From Candidatus Aegiribacteria sp. (GTDB lineage Bacteria; Fermentibacterota; Fermentibacteria; Fermentibacterales; JCC-6): a stretch of 64,000 nt of DNA. Location of the stretch: positions 118 through 64,117 of the forward strand of contig JAUVLV010000005.1 of NCBI GenBank assembly GCA_030600545.1. Direction: 5' to 3'. Under the pieces are notes generated by a model. The model was given only the letters and a program-made list of their open reading frames with translations. It had not been told where the DNA came from and ran no database searches. Numbering within the stretch: position 1 is the first letter of the stretch; each line of letters starts with the position of its first letter. This document shows positions 55,138-63,225 of this stretch, one piece after another. The translations under genes were made by a program, and so were the position numbers.

Positions 55138-57942
55138 GTGCTGCTAATTCTGCTATGCATACTTGCGTCATACGACTTGTCTGATTGGCAGGACAGCTAT
55201 GCATCGGGGAACTGGGACAATGCTTACACTCAGGCTGAAGCTGCCGTTGAAAATGATTCCACAAGTTCCGATGCCTGGGCAGCCCTGGCATTTTCCGCTA
55301 CGGCTCTGGGGTACGATATCGAAGCATCGGTCTATGCACATAAAGCAATTGAACTTGATTCACTTTCGGCAATGTCATGGGGAGCCCTTGGCAGAACATG
55401 CACCGATAATATAGAGGAATCGCTGAACAGTTTTCAGACAGCACTCGAATACGATTCGACCTTCATTCTCGGCCTTGTGGGGGAAGCCCACTGTCTTATG
55501 GTTCAGGGAAACTATTCTGAGGCACTCAGTGAACTAACTCGAGCTATATACATAGATCCTTCCTGGATTTCCATCTGGCTTAAAACCACGGAAATTTATC
55601 GGTATCAGCAGGAATTCGAGAAAGCTTTGAAATGTGTAATGACTGCCCTTGCCAGGTGGCCGGCGAATATGCAGCTATTATCTGAAGCGGGATGGATTCT
55701 GGAACTTGAAGGCAAGAATTATGCGGCGGAGATGATCTACAGGAAAATAGCTGATATCTTTCCAGATGATACCGGTTGCCTTATCGACCTTGGTCTGTTA
55801 CTTGAAAGCCAGGATAAATATGGTGAGGCAATCAAAGCTTACAGGGAATTGTTCAGACGAGACCCTGAGAATTTCTGGAGCCTTGGTGAGATAGGTGTAT
55901 GCCTTGAAAGCAGCGGTAATTCAGATGCTGCCCGCAGAAGTTATCTGGAGGGAATCGAGGTTAATCCCGATTACGCCTTTGCCCAGTACAGGCTGGGTCT
56001 CATAGCTGAGGGAAACGCGGATATTGATGAGGCTATAGAATGGTATATCGAGTGTGCTGAATCCGACAGCAGCTTCGTGGACGCCTGGATAGCCCAGGGG
56101 CTTCTGTACGAAGACAAAAGGACTTACACTTCGGCTGAAACTGCTTACCGTAGGGCTCTGGAGATCGATCCGGGTAACACCTGGACATGGGGAGAACTGG
56201 GTCTTGTGCTGGAGCAGCTGGGGAAACCTGAAGAAGCGGGAGAGGCATTCGAAAACGGAATAGCAGTTGACAATGAATATATGTGGGCCTGGGAACAGAG
56301 AGGGCTTCTCTTCGAAAACGAAGGAGATCTGGAAGCCGCCGCCGACTGGTACAGAAGAGCGGTTACAGAAACGACAGATCCGGGAACATGGCTCCTCGGG
56401 GAACTGGGGTTTGTGTTGGAGCAGCTGGGATATCCTGACAGCGCAGCTGTTTATTACACTGAAGCCATATCTGTTGATTCCACCTACATTTTTGGTTACC
56501 AGCGGCTGGCACCCATTCTCGCGAGGGGAGGAAGTTCCGGTGAAGCTCTGGAAATGTGGGACATTTACATTAAAGCCGGAGGATTTGAAAGCACAGCTTT
56601 GTGCGAAACAGCACTGATCTACGAGAGTACTGGCAGAGATGAAGAAGCAGATAGTCTCAACAGATTTATAGCGAATGAGTATCCCTGCGCCTGGGTAGAT
56701 CTGGCCTGGACATATTCGGTGGTAAATCCCGCGATATCACTTCAACTTGCCCGGAAAGCGGAGGAGGAAAGCGAAACCGGTGATTCTGAATTCTGGCTGC
56801 AGATGGCCGGTCTTTATGCCGAACTTGATAAAGAAGATGAAACCGCAGCAAGTTACGAAACAGCCTCTGTTATCGCCCCGGACAGTATCAATGTATGGCT
56901 TGACTGGGGATACTACCTCTTTGAAAAAGATGATGAGAAAGCGGCTGATAAGTACAGACAGGCAACTGAGCTTGATAGCCTGTCTTTCAGTGCGTGGAGC
57001 GCTCTGGGAGAAGCCCTGCTGTTCTCCGATCAATACGATCAGGCTCTGGTAGCTCTTGAAAAATCTCTTGAGCTGGACCCCGGTTCTTCCTGGATATATG
57101 CTTACATCGGGCTCGCATACGAGCAGATGGGCGACTCGGACAGAGCTATGGATTACTATTTTCAGGCTCTGAGCATTTCGCCCGGTTACGATTATGCGGA
57201 AACAAGAATAAGAAATATAACTGACAGAGGCTTTGATCCTGAATGGAATCGGAGACAGGCCAGACGCTTCAATGCTACTGTGTACGTTGACACAAGGGTT
57301 GATAACGGAAACGTAAGGGAAAGGAATTACTCTGGAGGATTGGAGGTTTCCTTCGAGTATGACGAAAGTGGCAGCGAGGTATCCCTTGAAACCGATTACA
57401 GATTCATAGAAACTTCGAAGGATTACAAGAACGATTACACCTGGACATCGGTTTCCCTCAGCCTTGAGCGTGTTCTGTCTGACTATTTCACATTGAATAC
57501 GAGCAGCTCATGGGACAGGCAGCCGGGAACCGTAAGACCCTGGCAGATCAGTTCATATTTATCCTTTGCATATACAAAATGGCTTAACGGCTGGCTATGG
57601 GTATCACCCTCGCTTGGTATCGGACAGGTTAATACGCACTGGGCTTCCGGTCTTGAGAACGAACGAACCGATAGAACCACTCTGTACGGTTCCGTGTCAG
57701 TATGGCTTACAAAGGACGATTCTATCTGGCCATCATTGTGGCTCTGGGGAAACTTCTATATCCCTCCCGAGGAGTCCGAAAAAACTCTCATGAACGCATT
57801 TGCTGAACTCAGTTTTGAAATGTGGGATCCCTTCTCACTTACACTTGGATACAGCGCAGGATACGAAAGAACTCCCGCCTACGAGTATTGGGAGAAATAC
57901 GATACCGAATTTTATTCCAGACTGAACCTGAGGCTTTTCTGA
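55138..57942 (+). CDS. TPR-repeat protein with C-terminal predicted beta-barrel domain
   Basis: About 650 aa of TPR-like repeats (..A...Y..AlelDP....aw..lG..) followed by about 230 aa with an alternating aromatic/polar strand pattern, ending ..YSRLNLRLF. Confidence 0.65.
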   Translation: MLLILLCILASYDLSDWQDSYASGNWDNAYTQAEAAVENDSTSSDAWAALAFSATALGYDIEASVYAHKAIELDSLSAMSWGALGRTCTDNIEESLNSFQTALEYDSTFILGLVGEAHCLMVQGNYSEALSELTRAIYIDPSWISIWLKTTEIYRYQQEFEKALKCVMTALARWPANMQLLSEAGWILELEGKNYAAEMIYRKIADIFPDDTGCLIDLGLLLESQDKYGEAIKAYRELFRRDPENFWSLGEIGVCLESSGNSDAARRSYLEGIEVNPDYAFAQYRLGLIAEGNADIDEAIEWYIECAESDSSFVDAWIAQGLLYEDKRTYTSAETAYRRALEIDPGNTWTWGELGLVLEQLGKPEEAGEAFENGIAVDNEYMWAWEQRGLLFENEGDLEAAADWYRRAVTETTDPGTWLLGELGFVLEQLGYPDSAAVYYTEAISVDSTYIFGYQRLAPILARGGSSGEALEMWDIYIKAGGFESTALCETALIYESTGRDEEADSLNRFIANEYPCAWVDLAWTYSVVNPAISLQLARKAEEESETGDSEFWLQMAGLYAELDKEDETAASYETASVIAPDSINVWLDWGYYLFEKDDEKAADKYRQATELDSLSFSAWSALGEALLFSDQYDQALVALEKSLELDPGSSWIYAYIGLAYEQMGDSDRAMDYYFQALSISPGYDYAETRIRNITDRGFDPEWNRRQARRFNATVYVDTRVDNGNVRERNYSGGLEVSFEYDESGSEVSLETDYRFIETSKDYKNDYTWTSVSLSLERVLSDYFTLNTSSSWDRQPGTVRPWQISSYLSFAYTKWLNGWLWVSPSLGIGQVNTHWASGLENERTDRTTLYGSVSVWLTKDDSIWPSLWLWGNFYIPPEESEKTLMNAFAELSFEMWDPFSLTLGYSAGYERTPAYEYWEKYDTEFYSRLNLRLF

Positions 57943-59468
57943 TGTATGCAGTGATGCTGTTGATCCTGTTCACCTTTGTTCCCGAGAACCTTCAGTCCTG
58001 GTACTCCAGCTGCTCAGAAGGTAACTGGGCAACTGCAGCGGAGAGGGCGGAAGAGGTTCTTGCCTCCGATTCTACTGATACCGAAGTCCTCGCAGCCATT
58101 GTAATAGCATCGGTCCTTGAGAACGATATAAATACCGGTATCGATTATATAACGGAAGCCTCTGTATCTGATTCTCTGTCATCCCTTTCCAGGGCAGCCC
58201 TGGGGGGTCTTCTGATGTCGGGTACCGATTCACTTCTGGAGAATGCTGAGAACCAGCTGTTGAAATCCATCCAGCTGGAACCGGAAAACGTACTGGCCTG
58301 GTATCTGATGGGCATCCTGAAAACAGAATGTGACAGTACAGCCTCTGCGATGAACTGCTTCAGCAAAGTGGTATCTCTTGATCCGGATTTTCTCCCGGCT
58401 CAGCTTGAGATATCAAGGCTATTCATTGAACTTAACGAGTATCGTAGAGCAATAACGATTTCGCGGAATCTTCTTGAGTCTGCCTCAGCTGACAGTGTGG
58501 AAGTTCTGGAAACACTTGGTGTCGCCTATTTTGAAGATCATGAGATCAACAAAGCTGAAGAGACATTTCTTGTCCTTCTTGAAATTGACCCCATATGCCT
58601 GTCCGCTCTTTTATACCTTGGTAATATTGCTGAACAGAAGGCCAGGACCGAAGAGGCTGTGAATTACTATCTCAGTGCACTTGAATTGGACGTTTACAAC
58701 GGAGAGGCAAGAAGCCGCTTGAGAGTAATTGCGGGTGATTCCTACGACTCTGAGTCTACAACCGGGGCTTCAAGGGGTTTCAGCGCGTCTACGGCAGCTG
58801 ATCTTTCAATCGAGAGGGGAAACCGCGCATTGATTGAATGGGGGGGCAGCGCCAGTATTTCTTACCGATTCGACCGCAGGGGAACTTCGTTTGACGCGGC
58901 TTTTGGTGGTAGATCTGTCACATGGGAGGAAACCTCAGGTTTTAAGAAAGATACACTCAATACTGACAGGGGATGGGCCAGTATTGGAATTGATTACTGG
59001 TTCAGCGACGACTATTACATTGAAGCAGCCTCGAATTGGGACAGACAGATGTATACCGAACGTCCATGGAAGATAAGTTCGTACACTGCATTTGGATGGC
59101 AAAAGTGGATGCTGTCCTGGTTCTGGTTCTCACCGAAGATAGGGCTTGGATCAGTCAACTCGAGGTGGACCTCAGGCGCGGGGGAAGCGTATGTAAATGA
59201 TTTTTCGGTTTATGCAGCTGCCGGTTTGCGGTACAGGAAACCTCACGCGTTCATCAGAGAGGCGAAAATATCGGGGAACGTATACTTCCCGCCGGATAAT
59301 CCTGAAAATTTCATCTCCGAGGGGAGTGTATCCCTGGCTTTTAGAACATGGAGCCCACTTTACGTGAGCGTAGGTTACAATGTGAACTACACCAGAACAC
59401 CTGAAATCTCCACCTGGGAAAAGTTCAACACCAGCTTCACAACCTCGATCAACTTCGACCTTCGTTAG
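57942..59468 (+). CDS. TPR-repeat protein with C-terminal predicted beta-barrel domain (shorter paralog)
   Basis: TGATG junction with the upstream gene. The C-terminal WDRQMYTERPWKISSYTAFGWQKWMLSWFWFSPKIGLGSVNSRWTSG parallels WDRQPGTVRPWQISSYLSFAYTKWLNGWLWVSPSLGIGQVNTHWASG in the upstream protein. Confidence 0.6.
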   Translation: MYAVMLLILFTFVPENLQSWYSSCSEGNWATAAERAEEVLASDSTDTEVLAAIVIASVLENDINTGIDYITEASVSDSLSSLSRAALGGLLMSGTDSLLENAENQLLKSIQLEPENVLAWYLMGILKTECDSTASAMNCFSKVVSLDPDFLPAQLEISRLFIELNEYRRAITISRNLLESASADSVEVLETLGVAYFEDHEINKAEETFLVLLEIDPICLSALLYLGNIAEQKARTEEAVNYYLSALELDVYNGEARSRLRVIAGDSYDSESTTGASRGFSASTAADLSIERGNRALIEWGGSASISYRFDRRGTSFDAAFGGRSVTWEETSGFKKDTLNTDRGWASIGIDYWFSDDYYIEAASNWDRQMYTERPWKISSYTAFGWQKWMLSWFWFSPKIGLGSVNSRWTSGAGEAYVNDFSVYAAAGLRYRKPHAFIREAKISGNVYFPPDNPENFISEGSVSLAFRTWSPLYVSVGYNVNYTRTPEISTWEKFNTSFTTSINFDLR

Positions 59469-59566
59469 CCCGCATCTCCTGAGTAAGCATTCATAATCCT
59501 TCAAACAATGCAAATCCCTGAGCCACAATTTGAAAATCTGTGTATCCACGCCAGAGTATCTGATGA

Positions 59567-59854
59567 CCGAGAGGAGGATCATTCTTCCGCCCGAGATACC
59601 CTCCAATCTTTGCTGCCCGAAACCATCCCCTGTCAACAAAACAAGAAGCTGATAAACTCTCGGAATCCCACATAAGAATACACCTGTCCCCTGAAGTAAA
59701 GGATTTACTCTCCTGCCCCAATCCCAACTGTGCCATCAATCAACTGGGAGCCGGGAAGCGCTTCCTGCTTGAGAACAGAGATACAGTTACTTACAGATGC
59801 GTATACTGCGAAAGAGCCACAGTGGTCAATGCTGATATGCTTACAACTAAGTGA
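59567..59854 (+). pseudogene. Aspartate carbamoyltransferase regulatory-chain (PyrI) relic: zinc domain retained
   Basis: The open frame without any ATG/GTG/TTG reads ..LSTKQEADKLSESHIRIHLSPEVKDLLSCPNPNCAINQLGAGKRFLLENRDTVTYRCVYCERATVVNADML. CPNPNCI..(x)..RF....(x)..Y.C.YCE is the PyrI C-terminal Zn-domain signature. The N-terminal allosteric domain and pyrB are absent. Confidence 0.5.
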
Positions 59855-59896
59855 AACCTTACTGAATTGCAGAAAATCCAGTTTGCAAAAGAATGA

Positions 59897-59923
59897 GGGC
59901 CGGAGCTTTGAATGCTCCGGCCC
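59897..59923. terminator. GC-rich hairpin, probable intrinsic terminator (better T-tract on the minus strand)
   Basis: GGGCCGGAGC-tttgaat-GCTCCGGCCC is a 10-bp perfect stem. The minus-strand downstream sequence is TCATTCTTTTGC. It lies between convergent units. Confidence 0.45.
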
Positions 59924-59983
59924 CGTCCTTATAGGAAGAACAGGCTAAACCTTATTCTCCCCGCATTTGTTTTTGTTTCCTAC

Positions 59984-60089
59984 CATGTGCACCTCCTCTG
60001 TTGGGGTTTCTGATATAGAGGGCTGAGCTAGGCCAGCACCTCCGTGCGTATGCCTTTCTCTATCCTCATGTGCACCTCCTTTCGGTTGG
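59984..60089 (-). repeat. Duplicated ~21-23-nt module CCAAC(N)GA(A)AGGAGGTGCACATG, each copy opening a 13-codon mini-ORF
   Basis: Copies lie at 60067-60089 and 59984-60004 (minus-strand sense), with 14 nt identical (AGGAGGTGCACATG). The mini-ORFs are 60069-60028 (MRIEKGIRTEVLA) and 59986-59945 (MVGNKNKCGENKV), both exactly 42 nt. Confidence 0.5.
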
Positions 60090-60215
60090 AGTTGGTAACA
60101 CCTAATAGAATAAAAAGCATGTTCATCCGTCAAGTGATGAGAAATTGCAGAACTACAAATCCCTGAATGCGTTATCTGCAGGATTGATTTAAAACTGATC
60201 ACTCAGATGCTTCTA

Positions 60216-60803
60216 TCATTCCAGCATGTTAATCAGATATACGCAATAGTAACTTTCCGGGTCTTCCGGAACGGCCAGAATGCCGCGTTTGGATATATGA
60301 AACTTCAGGTGAACCGTATCATCCCTGTCCGGCAGCACCGCAGTCATCAGATATTCACCGGAAGTGTCAAACAGATCAAAAGCTGGATACCGTTCAAAAC
60401 CCCGCTGTACCCATATCCGGTTCAACCCGTCAACAGCGAGATTTGATATCATAGGCTTGTTGGGGAAAGGCTCCCAGTCAACTGAATGCTGGGATGTGTG
60501 ATGGAAGAACTCCTCAATGAAGCGTTTCTGCTCTTGGATTTCTTCTTCTGTTCTGGCAACTTCCGGGTAGGGAAGCATCAGAGTATCCATTACCGAGCCA
60601 TCTGCATGAAAGAGAAGCAGCACAGGTTCGGAGCGGGGCTCAGGGGCAATGCACATAAAGCCTTCACCCGCCGCAAAGAGTAACGGAAAAAAATCGATTC
60701 TGATAAGATCCCTGTAGAACTCGCTCATGTCTCCAAGAGGACCAATCAGATACTGTTTGCTGAAATACTCAGTTTCAACGGAGTCAGGATCATGAACAAA
60801 GAA
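60216..60803 (-). pseudogene. C-terminal fragment of a larger protein (possibly beta-propeller type); truncated ORF
   Basis: The open frame extends 25 codons upstream of the first Met (FFVHDPDSVETEYFSKQYLIGPLGD-MSEFY..) to a stop at 60804-60806, with no start codon. The family assignment is tentative. Confidence 0.35.
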
Positions 60804-61286
60804 CTACGATCGATGCTAAGGAAGATGATCATCCGCAGGGTTGATCATCTTCCCCTGGTTTGCAGATAGTAGAATGTGAAGGGATCAGACAGCTCACAAG
60901 ACCGCTTACAACTGCTCAGAAGGAGTATCTTGAAGCACTGGATCTGAGCGAAGAGCAACTTGTAATGTATGAAGGCGTGGGGAATGACAGCGGTTATGGT
61001 TAGCATTCTGAAGATAGACCTTCGAAACACTTTGAAAATGGCTTCCTGTGGGGATCCATATACTCTCAGAAGGGCAGAGTACATTCTGGAACGAGAATGG
61101 CAGTTGAATGAAGATAAATGGGGGAGAAAAACGAAATAATTCCGGCAAATTACTTCTCAGGGATGGGGAATGTAATGTATATAATGATAGCAAGAACAAA
61201 GCTGCACTGTCAATATCAATTCCCGATGGAATGGCGTTAGTTACAAGTGTATTATTAAGGATATAAATACGCCGCAAGAGAGAATG

Positions 61287-62588
61287 TCAGGGTCTGAGCA
61301 GTCTTGTTACAGGGGTTTTCAGTATGCGGCCGAAGAAGATGTACGCCGCACCGGTTGAAGTGGCAAGCATTACGCCTATACCGGTCGCAAGCCATGTTGC
61401 GGGGAATACGGCAAGGCTGTCAACTGACGCTCTAAGAACCGGGCTGAGAGAAAGAAGCGCGCTGCTTGCTCCCCAGGAGAAAATGCAGCCCAGAGCGGCT
61501 CCGAGAACCATTGTTACGAATGACATGAAGAATATCTGAAAAGCGAAGATCATGGCAAGCCTGTTATGAGGAGTACCGAGGGCCATCAGAACCCCCAGAG
61601 CGAAGCGCCTGTTCTTCAGATCGGCAACAAGAGTATGAATAGCGCTGGATAACGCGGATAGTAGTATTGCCGCGGCAAGGGCGGCGAGTGCTGCTGTTAC
61701 CGCTCCCACAAGTATCTCAGCCTTCTGGGCTATACCCCTTCTGGTCTCGGCCCGCAGACCGGTTTCCTCGACAGCCCTTACGATCTCCGGCACATCCTCC
61801 GCCGTCTTCGCGGTTAATACGAGGGCACTGTACCTTCTTGTATCGTCAGGGAGGAACATGGAGTTCATCTCGTCCACGAATTCGAATGGAACGCCTATTG
61901 CGAAGAGGTTCATATTGCGGGAAGTTGCTTCTATTCTTGCCCTCACGGTTACGGGGGGATGGTCGAGGTTCGCTATCGAACTTCTTCCCAGTGTAACGAT
62001 ACATTCCGTTCCCAGAACGCCTTCGGGAGTCAACCCCAGAAGATCGTTGGATTCGGCGAAACCAGCGTTGTAAAGAATCAAGAGGTTCTCACTGAGTATT
62101 ATTGGAAGAAAGCTGCTTGAGGAATCCTCAAGCATGTATGACCAGTCAATGTCTTTCAGAAGAGAATCCCCCAGGAATTCCCCTGTTACCCCTTCCAGAG
62201 TGATATCCGTGTAGTAGGGCTGTCCTCCCAGCTGCCCCCGAAGAAGGGCTGGAACATGGGCATATATCTGAGGGTCTACCCGCTCGACAAGGGGTGAACT
62301 CTCCAGTTCATTCTTGATTTCTTCGGTAATTTCCATACCGCCCGTTTCGGTCTGAAAGAACCCGGCCTGCAATCCGGCAGGAGTGACACGTACCTGTTCC
62401 GCAGGCAGATCGTTGGAAAGGAACCGGTCAAGAAGGTTCTGCACTCCAAGGCCGATGGTTAGAAAAAAAACAAGTAACAGAGATGCTGTGAAGAGCATTC
62501 CCTGGCTGAAAATGTAATCCTTCCAATGGCCGCGGTTCCACAGGTGGAGGGCCAGCTTCACTTCAGACGGTTTCATGAAGAGTTCCAT
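61287..62588 (-). CDS. FtsX-family ABC permease
   Basis: N-terminal TM, a large extracytoplasmic domain, and C-terminal TM segments with FALGVLMALGTPHNR. Overlaps the upstream ATPase gene. Confidence 0.75.
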   Translation of the reverse strand: MELFMKPSEVKLALHLWNRGHWKDYIFSQGMLFTASLLLVFFLTIGLGVQNLLDRFLSNDLPAEQVRVTPAGLQAGFFQTETGGMEITEEIKNELESSPLVERVDPQIYAHVPALLRGQLGGQPYYTDITLEGVTGEFLGDSLLKDIDWSYMLEDSSSSFLPIILSENLLILYNAGFAESNDLLGLTPEGVLGTECIVTLGRSSIANLDHPPVTVRARIEATSRNMNLFAIGVPFEFVDEMNSMFLPDDTRRYSALVLTAKTAEDVPEIVRAVEETGLRAETRRGIAQKAEILVGAVTAALAALAAAILLSALSSAIHTLVADLKNRRFALGVLMALGTPHNRLAMIFAFQIFFMSFVTMVLGAALGCIFSWGASSALLSLSPVLRASVDSLAVFPATWLATGIGVMLATSTGAAYIFFGRILKTPVTRLLRP

Positions 62589-63225
62589 CCTTCAGCTCGA
62601 GAACTCTGTCAGCCCGGTGGAGAATGACTGTGGAATGAACTACGGCTATCAGGGCGAAATTCTGCTGCTTGCGGAGATCATCCAGAAGATCGAAAAGGGT
62701 TTGTTCGCTCTCCTCGTCAAGGCTCGCACTCGGTTCATCCGCAAGAAGAACCGAAGGTTTGTTGACAAGTCCTCTGGCTACAGCCACCCTCTGTCTCTCG
62801 CCTCTTGAAAGGAGTGATGTTGGAGTATCATCGATTCTTACCGACAACTTCTCAAGGACTTCTCCAGCATGATTTCGGGCATATTCAAGATTGCCCCCGG
62901 AAAATACAACCGGAAGTATCACGTTTTCCATTGCCGTCAGTGAGGGCAGCAGATGAAAATCCTGAAAGACAAAACCCAGATATTCCCTGCGGAGAACTGC
63001 CAGCTCCGATGAGGAGAGTTTCCCCGTATCCTTATCGGCTACTATGAGTGTTCCGTCATGATTGAGATCATGTGTACCAAGAATTGCAAGGAGGGTGCTT
63101 TTCCCAACTCCGCTTTTTCCTGTTATCGCCAGGAATTCGCCTTTCCTAACATCAAGATTCAGCCCTGACAACACGTTCATGTCATCGAAACTTCTTGAAA
63201 TATTTCTGGCTTCAATGATGCTCAT
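62563..63225 (-). CDS. ABC transporter ATP-binding protein
   Basis: ITGKSGVGKSTLLAILG, LSRGERQRVAVARG, and VLLADEPSASLD. Confidence 0.9.
   Translation of the reverse strand: MSIIEARNISRSFDDMNVLSGLNLDVRKGEFLAITGKSGVGKSTLLAILGTHDLNHDGTLIVADKDTGKLSSSELAVLRREYLGFVFQDFHLLPSLTAMENVILPVVFSGGNLEYARNHAGEVLEKLSVRIDDTPTSLLSRGERQRVAVARGLVNKPSVLLADEPSASLDEESEQTLFDLLDDLRKQQNFALIAVVHSTVILHRADRVLELKDGTLHETV

Noticed and set aside
59172-59739. Minus-strand ORFs 59172-59639 and 59491-59739
   Set aside because: The first is antisense to the 3' end of the TPR-barrel gene. The second overlies the pyrI-relic region. Neither has motifs or a start context.
60845-61277. Minus-strand ORFs 60845-61084 and 60906-61277
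   Set aside because: They overlap each other in different frames, have a hydrophobic low-complexity composition, and show no SD or family motifs. They are treated as part of a decayed region.
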